Origin: Terracidiphilus sp.
GTDB lineage: Bacteria > Acidobacteriota > Terriglobia > Terriglobales > Acidobacteriaceae
Direction of reading: 5' to 3'
DNA length: 64,000 nt
NCBI GenBank assembly: GCA_050013695.1
Contig: JBEKET010000013.1
Span: forward strand, 17,917 to 81,916
The position numbers and the translations under genes were made by a program. This document shows, one piece after another, positions 34,761-44,661 of this stretch. Below the pieces are notes generated by a model. That model did not search any database. It had not been told where the DNA came from and saw nothing but the letters and a program-made list of their open reading frames with translations. Every line of letters starts with the position of its first letter. Positions within the stretch are counted from its first letter, which is position 1.

Positions 34761-35885
34761 ATGCTGCCAGATTTCACCTTTCCCCGCGAAGTTCAATCAA
34801 CGCCCAATCCGCCGAAGAAGAAGGCCCTCGTACGCAGATTGTTACCCGACCAATCTCAACAGGTTCGGCGCACGGTGCAGGTTGCCTTCCTTGCGCTCAA
34901 CGCATGGATCGGAGTGCAGTTCTTTCTCTGGGTCCGCTTTTTTGAGAGCCAGGGCAATTCTCTTTATGTGCCAAGGCCTGCCGGGGTCGACGGCTGGTTG
35001 CCGATCGCGGGACTGATGAATTTGCGATACTTTCTCACTAGCCGGCAGGTGCCTGCGGTCCATCCCGCGGCGATGGTGCTTTTTTGCGTTTTTCTCCTCA
35101 TCAGCCTGCTGGTGAAGAAGTCGTTCTGCTCCTGGCTTTGCCCTATTGGGACAGTCTCGGAGTTCCTTTGGAAGCTTGGGAGAAAACTGTTTGGCCGTAA
35201 CGTGACGCTGCCGAAGTGGGTCGACTTGCCACTCCGCAGTCTCAAATACCTTCTGCTCGCGTTCTTTGTTTTTATCGTCTTCACCATGCCGTCTCAGGAC
35301 CTGGGCGCGTTTCTCGGGTCACCGTTCGGGATCTTGGCGGACCTGAAAATGCTGAACTTTTTCCGTCACATCGGGCTGATGGGAATCGCCGTCCTTGCAA
35401 TCCTCACGGTGCTTTCGCTCTTCATCCAGAATTTCTGGTGCCGCTTTCTCTGTCCGTACGGCGCGCTGATGGGTATTGTCTCCAGCGTTAGCCCGGTAAA
35501 GATCCGCCGCGACACGGATGCCTGCATCGATTGCGGCAAATGCAGGAAGGCCTGCCCATCTCACCTTTCCGTGGATACGCTGATGCAGATTCGCTCCGTT
35601 GAATGCACCGGATGCATGGAGTGTGTTGCGGTTTGCCCGGTAGAAAATGCATTGCAGTTATCGCTTCCGCCCTGGCCGGATAGCTTGGTCGATCCTCGCC
35701 TGCCACAAGCAACGCGACTTCGCTGGCAGCGCCGCGCACTGAAGCCGCAGGTTGTGGCCGTAGTATTGGCGGTTGTCTTCTTTGGGCTTATTGGTGTGGC
35801 TCGCGCCACCGGTCATTGGCAGACCAACATTTCGCGTGCCGTCTATATGGATCTGGTTCCCAACGCGGACAACTACGACCACTGA
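34761..35885 (+). CDS. Membrane 4Fe-4S polyferredoxin (NapH/MauN/RdxA-like)
   Basis: TMs with FCSWLCP and WCRFLCP, plus two CxxCxxCxxxCP ferredoxin motifs. ATG 34761 after AAGGA. Confidence 0.85.
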   Translation: MLPDFTFPREVQSTPNPPKKKALVRRLLPDQSQQVRRTVQVAFLALNAWIGVQFFLWVRFFESQGNSLYVPRPAGVDGWLPIAGLMNLRYFLTSRQVPAVHPAAMVLFCVFLLISLLVKKSFCSWLCPIGTVSEFLWKLGRKLFGRNVTLPKWVDLPLRSLKYLLLAFFVFIVFTMPSQDLGAFLGSPFGILADLKMLNFFRHIGLMGIAVLAILTVLSLFIQNFWCRFLCPYGALMGIVSSVSPVKIRRDTDACIDCGKCRKACPSHLSVDTLMQIRSVECTGCMECVAVCPVENALQLSLPPWPDSLVDPRLPQATRLRWQRRALKPQVVAVVLAVVFFGLIGVARATGHWQTNISRAVYMDLVPNADNYDH

Positions 35886-36066
35886 GATGCCTGTGAGCCC
35901 ACCGACATCAGTCCGGTTGGTCGAGCGCCGGAGCGCCCGTAGACCATCGGCCTCTATTTCTTTTCACCTGCCTTTTTGCATGCACCCACCTGCGACTCAT
36001 GGCCCGGAACCGACTCCCTGCGAATCACTTGATTCAAGGTGCCAAGAGCCCATAGACTTCCATCCG

Positions 36067-36435
36067 TCATCCGTTTGGCTCGTTCTTTGGAAGCGAAGCG
36101 CAATCGTGAAGGTTCCGGGCGACCGAAACTGGAGCCTGAATCGGTTGAGTCTGGGCGGCTGGGAGCACCTGGCCGCAGTGGGAACAAATCTCCACACCGT
36201 TGATTTCGCGGGCCGGGGTCCAGTTCTGGTGCGAACTCTGGGGCGATGCTCCGGACTGCGGGGGGCCCGGACGCAGCAGAACCGACGTGACTTCGCGTTC
36301 CACCGTGATCTGGACCCGCCGGACGGTCTGGCGCGAGTCGGGCTGGTTCGATCCCGGCTGGCGCGCGTCCGGAGGTCCCGGGGTTTCCGCGTCCGAGATT
36401 TTCTGGCCGGGGTCATTGTTTACCCGAGACTTCAT
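36067..36435 (-). CDS. Small hypothetical protein (122 aa) with a CxxC motif
   Basis: ATG 36435 preceded by AAGGAG; RRVQITVERE..VLLR strand and CSHCG; divergent from the wHTH-TPR gene. Confidence 0.5.
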   Translation of the reverse strand: MKSRVNNDPGQKISDAETPGPPDARQPGSNQPDSRQTVRRVQITVEREVTSVLLRPGPPQSGASPQSSHQNWTPAREINGVEICSHCGQVLPAAQTQPIQAPVSVARNLHDCASLPKNEPNG

Positions 36436-36571
36436 CGGTACACTCCTTTTAAGACTGCGCGGGTCATTCAAGTCCAAACGGGGGCATCGGCGATTCTGAC
36501 TAGAACGCACATTGCCGGGGATTGTCTTGAATTCCTTTCTGAATTCTTTTGAAGAAGTTTGAAGGCGAGCT

Positions 36572-38935
36572 ATGTCCACAAATTTCAATAGCTTGTATCG
36601 CTTCGAAGGGTTCGAGCTTGACACCATAAAGCGGACCGTCGCGCGCAACGGTGAGCGAGTAATCGTGTCTCCCAAGGCATTTGAGGTGCTCGTTTACCTG
36701 GTGATGAACCCCGGCCGCCTGGTGACCAAGGAGGAGCTCATGAAGGCCGTTTGGCCGGACTCCTTCGTTGAAGAAGGCAACCTGGCCCAGCACATCAGCT
36801 CACTGCGCAAGGCATTCGGGGACAAGCCGGATCTGATAGTGACCACCCCCGGCCGGGGTTACCGCTTTGCCGCAATGGTCGAGCAGCACGCGTCGGGGCC
36901 GAGCTTTCTCGAGGCTCATCCCGGCCAGTTGCTGGTGCAGACAGTGCGCGAGCGCACACACATCGTGGTGGAGGAGACCGCGCCGGCGTCCATGGCGCCC
37001 GTTCCGGTCTTCGCGCTGCCCGCCGGACATGCCCGGATTCGCTGGAACCGGATTTACTGGATCGGGGCAATGATCGTGGCTTTGGCCCTGGTTGCCGGGA
37101 CCGCGACCTATCTGTGGCAGCGATTCGCGAATCCGCCTCAGCTTAGAAAGCTCGTAGTCGCGGAATTCATCAATTCCACAGGGGACGATGCCTTTAACAG
37201 TACCCTCAAGCGCGCGCTGGAGATCGATCTGGGCCAGTCCCCCTATATGGACGTGATGAGCGAGGGCGAAGCCGTGCGAACGCTGCAACTGATGGGCCGC
37301 GAACGCACCTCCGCCTTCACTCCGGATGTCGCCAAGGAAGCATGCGTGCGCAGCAACCGGCAGGTGCTTGTCACTGGAAACATTGCCAACGTGGGTCGCG
37401 AATATCTGCTCACGCTCGAAGCCACGGATTGCAATTCCGGCAAGCGGCTTTCGAGCGCCAAGGCCGAAGCGGAAAGCAAGGAAAAGGTGCTGGCGGCGCT
37501 GGATTCGGTCGCTCGGCATGTCCGCGCGGGGCTCGGCGAATCCAGAGTGTCGATCGAGAGCTTTCAGGTTCCCATCGAGCAGGCGACAACCACGTCGCTC
37601 GAGGCCCTCAAGTGGTATTCCGAGGGTTATTACCTGAATGCGCAAGAAGGCACGGACCGGCTGCCGTTCTTTCAAAAAGCGGTGGAACTGGACCCGCAGT
37701 TTGCCATGGCCTACGCTTCGATGGCCACCATTTACTACAACCAGAGTGAATTCAGGCTGGCGACACAGTATTACCAGAAGGCTTTCGACCTGAGCAGCCG
37801 CGTCAGCGAACGAGAGAAAATTGTCATCCAGGCTCATTACTATGCCGAGGGCCGTGCCGATCTCGAAAAGGGAATCCAGACATATCGACTATGGGCGGAG
37901 ACCTATCCGCATGATTGGGCGCCGTGGATAAATCTTGCTGATGAATACACCCAACTGGGGCAATATCCGTCTGCGATAACGGCAGCGCGGCAGGCATTGG
38001 AAATGGAACCGAAAGCGCCCATCAACTCGAGTGTTCTGGCCCGCGCATGCCGTCGCGCCGGCCGCTACGCCGAGGCCAAGACCATCGGGCAGCAGGCCAT
38101 CGACAGAAACGTGGATTCAACCGGCCTCCATGCCACGCTCTTCGATATTGCGTCCGCGGAAAACGATCGCGATGCCCTGGCGCGAGAAACCAGGTGGGCC
38201 CAGGATCATCCAGACGCGTGGTACCGGTGGTATTTTGTCGATCGCCAGGCGGAGGCGGCGATTTCAGCCGGAAAGTACCAGCAGGCCAAAGATCTCTTTC
38301 GCAGATCATACGAGATCGCGCAAAGCGAGAACCTGCCCGAAGCTGCCGATGATGTATTGCTCGATGAAGCGCAGCGGGAGTTTGCGCTGGGTATGCCTGC
38401 CGCGTCCCGTTCTACGCTTGAGAAGCTCGGCAAAGCAGACCAGGATTCAACGGAATACGCAGTCCTGCAAGCTGAATTTGGAAACACGTTGCCGGGAGAG
38501 CATTATCTGGCGGCTCACGCGGATTCAACCCATCTGGGCACGGTCCAGGCTTTTATCGATCTGCCCTTGGTGCGCGCAGCGCTGGCTTTGCAGCGCGGAA
38601 AACCGCTCGACGCCGTTGCGGCCCTGGAGCCGGCAGCGCCCTATGAGCTGGCTACTTATGACGTTCTCGCGCAAAGAGGCGAAGCCTATCTTGTGGCGAA
38701 ACAGGCGGAAATGGCGGCCAATGAGTTTAGAAAGATTCTCGCCAATCCCGGAATCGATCCGCTTTTGATTCAATATCCGCTCGCTCATCTCGGTTTGGCA
38801 CGCGCCTACGTGTTGCAGAACAAGACAACCGACAGCCGCAATGAATATAAGAAGTTTTTCGCGCTGTGGAAAGACGCCGACCCGGATGTTCCGGTTCTCA
38901 AACAGGCACGCCTCGAGTACACGCGATTGAAATGA
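36572..38935 (+). CDS. Transmembrane one-component regulator: CadC/ToxR-like wHTH + TM + periplasmic TPR region
   Basis: YRFEGFELD...VTKEELMKAVWPDSFVEEGNLAQHISSLRK...TTPGRGYRF; one TM; TPRs (KAVELDPQFAMAY). Confidence 0.9.
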   Translation: MSTNFNSLYRFEGFELDTIKRTVARNGERVIVSPKAFEVLVYLVMNPGRLVTKEELMKAVWPDSFVEEGNLAQHISSLRKAFGDKPDLIVTTPGRGYRFAAMVEQHASGPSFLEAHPGQLLVQTVRERTHIVVEETAPASMAPVPVFALPAGHARIRWNRIYWIGAMIVALALVAGTATYLWQRFANPPQLRKLVVAEFINSTGDDAFNSTLKRALEIDLGQSPYMDVMSEGEAVRTLQLMGRERTSAFTPDVAKEACVRSNRQVLVTGNIANVGREYLLTLEATDCNSGKRLSSAKAEAESKEKVLAALDSVARHVRAGLGESRVSIESFQVPIEQATTTSLEALKWYSEGYYLNAQEGTDRLPFFQKAVELDPQFAMAYASMATIYYNQSEFRLATQYYQKAFDLSSRVSEREKIVIQAHYYAEGRADLEKGIQTYRLWAETYPHDWAPWINLADEYTQLGQYPSAITAARQALEMEPKAPINSSVLARACRRAGRYAEAKTIGQQAIDRNVDSTGLHATLFDIASAENDRDALARETRWAQDHPDAWYRWYFVDRQAEAAISAGKYQQAKDLFRRSYEIAQSENLPEAADDVLLDEAQREFALGMPAASRSTLEKLGKADQDSTEYAVLQAEFGNTLPGEHYLAAHADSTHLGTVQAFIDLPLVRAALALQRGKPLDAVAALEPAAPYELATYDVLAQRGEAYLVAKQAEMAANEFRKILANPGIDPLLIQYPLAHLGLARAYVLQNKTTDSRNEYKKFFALWKDADPDVPVLKQARLEYTRLK

Positions 38936-39182
38936 TGGGCCCATCCCTGATTTCCTCCGAACCTATTCAAAGGGACTCGATTGCGGACATTCATGCCGGC
39001 GTCGGAGGTTGACTCTTTGCGGAATCAGGTTCGATTTGGCCGGAACATCGGCATGGAGTCGCTCCTCTTTCCAATGAGTTTCAACTAAGGGTCGCAATCC
39101 TCACCGCCGCAGCAAGCCAGAAATGTCATGACCTGTTGAAGCTTGCCGATAGGTAGGGAATGGCGGTACTGCCCCAGGCGAC

Positions 39183-42100
39183 ATGAAAGTCTTGAAAGCA
39201 ATAACGCGTCTTTCCCCCGGACTTGGCGCCGCCGCCACCATTTTCATAACGGTGGCACTGGTGGCACTCGCATACACCGAGATGCACCGGATCAAAGCGA
39301 CTGCGACGCGCATTACGGGGGACACCATGCCCTCTATTTATTTCAGCGGCCAATTGCAGAGCATCACATTGCTTCGCTATACCCTGATGACCGACTACAT
39401 TGATTCAAATGACAATGCGGAAAAAGCGGCGCTGGACCGGCAGATCGAAAGCGCCAACGCTCAGATCAACGATGTAATGAGTCAATATGACAGCCTGATC
39501 GATTCGCCCACCGACAGGCAGCTCTTCGAGGCTCTTAAATCCACGAGAGCTCCATACGATGAGTGCTACATCGATGTTCTGCGCCTCAGCCGCGAGGGCG
39601 AGATTGATGAAGCTCAGAACATGATCGGGTCTAAGCTGATTCCCCTGCGCAACGCTTTCCTCAAGGCAGCCGAGGCGGAAATTGTGTGGAACAAAGCCGA
39701 TGCGGACGATTCGGTGAAGGCAATTACGGAAGCCGTGAATTGGTCTTCGACCGGTATCCTGATTTGCCTGCTCTTTGGCGCGGGAATCGCTTTTGTGTTT
39801 CTTGGCGTCCGCAATCGTCTGCAAATCGAACGCAAGCTCCGTGAAAGCGAAGATCGATTCCACGAGGTTTTTGAGCAAGCGGCCGATGGCATCGTCATCA
39901 CTGACATTGACGGGAATATTCAATTCGCGAATCCCGCGTTCGCCTCCATGACGGGATACTCTAGCGAGGAAGCCCTGGGGCAGAACGCCCGTCTGCTGCG
40001 ATCGGGACGCATGCCCTCGGCATTTTACAAAGAACTGTGGGATACCATCCAGGCCGGGGGGATTTGGCAAGGCGATCTGATCAATCGCCGGAAGGATGGG
40101 ACTCTTTACAGCGAGGAGATGCGGATAGCGCCTGTTCGGGATGCGAATGGCGTGATCAACGGCTACATGGCCATCAAGCATGACGTGACCGAGCAACGGG
40201 CAGCCCAGGATGCGCAAGCGTTCCTGGCCGCCATTGTTGAGGGTTCCCAGGACGCAATTGTCGCCTTTTCACCCGCGGGGGCAATTCTGACCTGGAATCG
40301 AGGCGCGGCGGCAGTGTTTGGTTATTCCGCCGAGGAGGCGATCGGACAGCCCATGTCGATGCTGGCACCGTCAGGAAGGCTGCCCCATCTTACGGAACTT
40401 GCAGTACGTGTCCTGCAGGGCAAAGACGACTCTCACTACGAAGGGCTGGGCCTGCGAAAAGATGGGCGAGCCATTCACGTTCACATTACAGCCAGCCCGG
40501 TCAAAGACCTGGCAGGAGGAGTGTCGGCCATTGCGGTTCTCATCCGCGATATCACGGAGCGCCGGATCTCCGAGCAAAAGCTGCGTGAAAGCGAAGAGCG
40601 CTTCCGCACCATGGCCGACGGCTCACCATCCATGATGTGGGTTACGGACGCCGAGGGAAAAGTTGAGTTCCTGAACCGCGCGCTCCGGAGTTTCTACGGG
40701 ATAGATGGCGAGGACTGGAAGGGAATTCATTGGGATATGCCGATTCATCCCGACGATCTGTCGCGGACCACGGCGTTGTTCGTAAATGCAATGATCGAGC
40801 GCAAACCTTTGAAGGGCGAATCGCGAGTTCGGCGGGCCGATGGTGAGTGGCGCCTGTTCGGCACCCACGCCGAGCCGCGCCTGACACCGGACGGTCAGTA
40901 CCTGGGGCACATCGGCCTCTGCGCCGATATTACCGAGCGCAAGCTGGCACAGGATGCGCTCCGCGAAAGTGAAGAGCGCTTCCGTATTATGGCCGACAGT
41001 TGTCCGATCGGGATATGGGTTACGGACGCACAGGGCGGGACCCGGTTCGCTAATCAGGCATACCGGGAATTCGCCGGACTAACTGAAGAGCCGGTCGTGC
41101 CAGACGGGTGGAAGTCGATGATTCACCCGGACGACGCACCGGAGTTTTTCAGAGCGTTCGCATGCGCCCTGAAAGAACATGCAGCCTTCAAGGCCGAAAG
41201 GCGCAGCCGCCGCGTTGATGGCGAATGGCGCTGGATGGAGTCGTACGCGAAACCCCACTTTTCACAGGATGGTGAATTCCTGGGGCTCGTGGGAATCAGT
41301 AAAGATGTCACAGATCGCATGCAGGCCGAGCAGGCCCTGCGTAGCAGCGAAGAGAAGTTTCGGCAACTTGCGGAAAACATCCGCGAAGTTTTTTGGATGA
41401 TGAACGCGGTGGGCACTGAAATCCTTTATGTTGGTCCAGCCTACGAAGAGATCTGGGGTCGAACCTGCAAAAGCCTGTATGAAAGTCCGATGGATTGGAT
41501 GGAAGCCATCCATCCCGCCGATCGCGAGTCCGCTCACGAGACCTTCATGAGGCAGTTGCAGGGCGAGAGTATCGATTCCGAATACAGAATCATCACTCCG
41601 GATAAGCGGGAGAGATGGATCCGCGACCGGGCGTTTCCGGTTCGCGACGAAAGCGGCGAGCTCATTCGGATTGCCGGAATCGCGGAGGAGATTACCGAGC
41701 GCAAGCGGGCGGAACAGGTCATGCTGGCCTCTCATGAGTTTGTGCAGTCCACAATCGATGCGCTTTCCTCAACCATGTGTGTATTGGACGAAGCAGGGGC
41801 GATCATCGAAGTGAATCGCACATGGAAAGAGTTTGCTGTAATGAACCGCGACGCGGGCATTCACGAGTGCTCGGATTTTTGCCAATTGCAGGACCGATTC
41901 GGCGAAGGGGTCAGTTACCTGGAGGCGTGCGACCGGGCGGTCGGGAACGGCGCCGCCGAAGCCGCGGAGTTTGCCGCCGGTATCCGAAGCGTGCTGCGCG
42001 GGGACTTGAAGGAATTCGCAAGAGAATATGCATGCCATGCACCCCACGAAAGGCGATGGTTTGTTGCCAAAGTCACTCGGTTCTTCGTCCATGGCCTTCC

Positions 42101-43751
42101 TCGGGTCGTAATCGAGCACATCAATATCACCACGCGCAAACTAGCGGAGGAGGCCATGCGCATGGCCAAACTCGAGGCCGAAGCGGAAGGGGCGCGCGCG
42201 AACGTTCTCGCCAGGGAAGCCGAAAAGGCGACTGCGGCCAAGAGCGAATTCCTGGCCACCATGAGCCACGAGATTCGTACTCCGATGAACGGATTCATCG
42301 GCATGACGGGGTTGCTGCTGGATACAGAGTTATCCGGCGAGCAACGCCGCTACACGGAGATAGCCCGATCCTGCGGCGAATCGTTGCTGCAGCTCATCAA
42401 CGACATTCTCGATTTCTCCAAGATGGAAGCGAAGCGGCTCGAACTGGAGGCCATCGATTTTAATCTGCGCAGCCTGCTGGACAATCTTGCCTCGGTTCTT
42501 TCGGCGGCAGCAAAGGCCAAGGGAATCGAGTTGCTGTGCACTACCGATCCCAACATTCCAAAGCTGCTCCGTGGAGACCCAGGCCGGTTGCGCCAGATTC
42601 TTACCAATTTGACGGGCAATGCCATCAAGTTTACAGAGAAGGGTGATGTGCTGGTCCGCGTTGCGTTGGAGGAAGATGGAGAATCCGATTGCCTGCTGCG
42701 CTTCTCGGTGCGCGATTCGGGAATCGGCATCCCGGAAGCCAAGATTGGCGCCCTTTTCGCGAAGTTCAGCCAGGCGGACGTTTCCACCACGCGGAGGTTC
42801 GGCGGCACCGGTCTGGGGCTGGCCATCTCAAAGCAACTTGCGGAGCTGATGGGCGGACGGGTTGGCGTGACCAGCCAGGAGGGCATAGGGTCCGAGTTCT
42901 GGTTTACGGCGCGGCTGGCGCGGGCTCAGGAGCGCGGAAGTCAGACTGAAGATGCGCCGATGGAAGCCCAAACGGCTGCACGCATGAAGGGGAGAATCCT
43001 GATTGCCGAGGACAATTCCACCAATCGAGAGGTGGCCCTGGGCATGCTGCGGAAGCTTGGCCTGCGTGCCGACGCGGTGGCCGATGGCGCCGAGGCAATC
43101 CGCGCACTCGAGTCGATCCCTTACGACCTGGTGCTGATGGATATGTGCATGCCGGTGATGGACGGCATCGAAGCCGCGCGCCTGATTCGCAATCCTGAAT
43201 CCGCCGTCCTCAATCACGCCATTCCGGTCATCGCCTTGACTGCCAACGCGATGCAGAGCGATCGCCAGTCTTGCCTTGCGGCCGGTATGAACGACTTTGT
43301 GTCCAAACCGATCATCAAGCGGGTGTTGCGGGATGCGCTCGAGAAATGGCTGCCTGCTGACCTTACAGCGACTCCAACGGCGCCTGTCCAGGTCGCCCCG
43401 CCGGTACCTGCCGAAGCCTCCGAGGTGATTTTTGACCGGCCAGGTGTGCTCGGCCGTCTGGACGGGGACGATGCACTGGCGCAGATCGTCTTTGCAGCTT
43501 TTCTTGAGGACCTCCCGCGCCAGGTTCAGGCATTGAAGGACCTCACGGAAAGTGGGGACAGTCCAGGCGCCGCGCGGACGGCACATTCCATCAAAGGCGC
43601 TTCTGCGAATGTCGGTGGCGAGTCCCTTCGCAAATTGGCAGCGGAAATGGAAAGAGCAGCCGATGCCGGGGATTGGCGCTCGGTAATCTCCCGCATGGAC
43701 GAGCTGGAACGTCAATCTGGCCTGCTCGAGGAAGCGATCAAGCGCGGATGA
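39183..43751 (+). CDS. Hybrid histidine kinase: four-helix-bundle sensor, six PAS/PAC, HisKA, HATPase, REC, HPt
   Basis: [57 protein letters not shown]; six PAS starts counted by eye. Confidence 0.93.
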   Translation: MKVLKAITRLSPGLGAAATIFITVALVALAYTEMHRIKATATRITGDTMPSIYFSGQLQSITLLRYTLMTDYIDSNDNAEKAALDRQIESANAQINDVMSQYDSLIDSPTDRQLFEALKSTRAPYDECYIDVLRLSREGEIDEAQNMIGSKLIPLRNAFLKAAEAEIVWNKADADDSVKAITEAVNWSSTGILICLLFGAGIAFVFLGVRNRLQIERKLRESEDRFHEVFEQAADGIVITDIDGNIQFANPAFASMTGYSSEEALGQNARLLRSGRMPSAFYKELWDTIQAGGIWQGDLINRRKDGTLYSEEMRIAPVRDANGVINGYMAIKHDVTEQRAAQDAQAFLAAIVEGSQDAIVAFSPAGAILTWNRGAAAVFGYSAEEAIGQPMSMLAPSGRLPHLTELAVRVLQGKDDSHYEGLGLRKDGRAIHVHITASPVKDLAGGVSAIAVLIRDITERRISEQKLRESEERFRTMADGSPSMMWVTDAEGKVEFLNRALRSFYGIDGEDWKGIHWDMPIHPDDLSRTTALFVNAMIERKPLKGESRVRRADGEWRLFGTHAEPRLTPDGQYLGHIGLCADITERKLAQDALRESEERFRIMADSCPIGIWVTDAQGGTRFANQAYREFAGLTEEPVVPDGWKSMIHPDDAPEFFRAFACALKEHAAFKAERRSRRVDGEWRWMESYAKPHFSQDGEFLGLVGISKDVTDRMQAEQALRSSEEKFRQLAENIREVFWMMNAVGTEILYVGPAYEEIWGRTCKSLYESPMDWMEAIHPADRESAHETFMRQLQGESIDSEYRIITPDKRERWIRDRAFPVRDESGELIRIAGIAEEITERKRAEQVMLASHEFVQSTIDALSSTMCVLDEAGAIIEVNRTWKEFAVMNRDAGIHECSDFCQLQDRFGEGVSYLEACDRAVGNGAAEAAEFAAGIRSVLRGDLKEFAREYACHAPHERRWFVAKVTRFFVHGLPRVVIEHINITTRKLAEEAMRMAKLEAEAEGARANVLAREAEKATAAKSEFLATMSHEIRTPMNGFIGMTGLLLDTELSGEQRRYTEIARSCGESLLQLINDILDFSKMEAKRLELEAIDFNLRSLLDNLASVLSAAAKAKGIELLCTTDPNIPKLLRGDPGRLRQILTNLTGNAIKFTEKGDVLVRVALEEDGESDCLLRFSVRDSGIGIPEAKIGALFAKFSQADVSTTRRFGGTGLGLAISKQLAELMGGRVGVTSQEGIGSEFWFTARLARAQERGSQTEDAPMEAQTAARMKGRILIAEDNSTNREVALGMLRKLGLRADAVADGAEAIRALESIPYDLVLMDMCMPVMDGIEAARLIRNPESAVLNHAIPVIALTANAMQSDRQSCLAAGMNDFVSKPIIKRVLRDALEKWLPADLTATPTAPVQVAPPVPAEASEVIFDRPGVLGRLDGDDALAQIVFAAFLEDLPRQVQALKDLTESGDSPGAARTAHSIKGASANVGGESLRKLAAEMERAADAGDWRSVISRMDELERQSGLLEEAIKRG

Positions 43752-43780
43752 AACCAAGTGAGGATGAAACCAATTGAGGA
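43746..43780 (+). repeat. 16-bp tandem duplication spanning the kinase stop codon
   Basis: GGATGAAACCAAGTGA / GGATGAAACCAATTGA / GGA, one mismatch. Confidence 0.8.
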
Positions 43781-43849
43781 ATCGATCAATCATCTTGCGA
43801 TCAAACAGAGTGAATCAGCCGATCAAAAGCGGTAAAGCAGGAGGGGTTC

Positions 43850-44251
43850 ATGTACATGAAAACGCTTGTTGTTGAAGATGAATTTACCAGCAGGATTCTA
43901 ATGCAGAATCTCCTCGCCCGCTATGGACCGTGCCATATTGCCGTCGACGGGGAAGAAGCCGCGGAAGCATTCCGCATCGCTCTCGCCGCCGCCGCGCCCT
44001 ACGACCTGATCTGCATGGACATCAGGATGCCGAAGATGAGTGGCGTGGAGGCAGTGAACGAGATTCGCAGACTCGAGACAGAAGACGGCGTTCTCTCCTC
44101 AAACGGCGTAAAGATTCTTATGGTGACATCTGTCGAGGATCCGAAAGAGGTCGTGGGGTCGTTCCAAGCGCTCTGCGATGCCTACCTGGTCAAACCCATC
44201 AAGAAGTCCAGCCTGTTGGAGGAAATACGCAGGATGGGTTTGATCACTTGA
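43850..44251 (+). CDS. Single-domain response regulator (REC)
   Basis: LVVEDE, DLICMDIRMP, AYLVKP; AGGAGG RBS. Confidence 0.92.
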   Translation: MYMKTLVVEDEFTSRILMQNLLARYGPCHIAVDGEEAAEAFRIALAAAAPYDLICMDIRMPKMSGVEAVNEIRRLETEDGVLSSNGVKILMVTSVEDPKEVVGSFQALCDAYLVKPIKKSSLLEEIRRMGLIT

Positions 44252-44331
44252 AGCAAAGGGTTTATGCGCAGCCCTGCATAGACCCTGACGTCTCGCTGTC
44301 ACCGCAGATCAGCCCCGCTGGAAGGTCTTGA

Positions 44332-44377
44332 AGAAAATCGCTTTTCTATTGCTCTTTCCGTCTTGGGCTACTAGATT
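44332..44377 (+). promoter_or_regulatory. Sigma70-type promoter with adjacent LacI-like operator for the xylan operon
   Basis: TTGCTC (44349)-17 bp-TAGATT (44372); inverted repeat AGAAAA-TCGC-TTTTCT at 44332-44347. Confidence 0.6.
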
Positions 44378-44661
44378 AGTTGAGGCGGCAGAGCAAGCAC
44401 TACCGAGGACGTGGGCGATCCTATCCCCTCGCCGAACGGTAACCGGCACGCTCTTCCGGTCTGGGAGCCGTGCCAAGTGGGTGCCTTACTTCGAAGATTA
44501 GCCATTCTCCGTGTTTCACCCTGGCTCCCGCAGGAGCCGGCCAATCCCAGGTTCCGGTCGCTGCCTGACGGCCTCCGTCGCCGATTCAGGCCCTTCGCTC
44601 TCCACCCCCGTTCCATTCATCCGCGCCTAGACGCGAGCAATACCCCCGAGGAATCGATCGT

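Noticed and set aside
39124-39133. TGTCATGACC upstream of the hybrid kinase, resembling the regulon half-site
   Set aside because: Single site with no partner in 11-bp phase.
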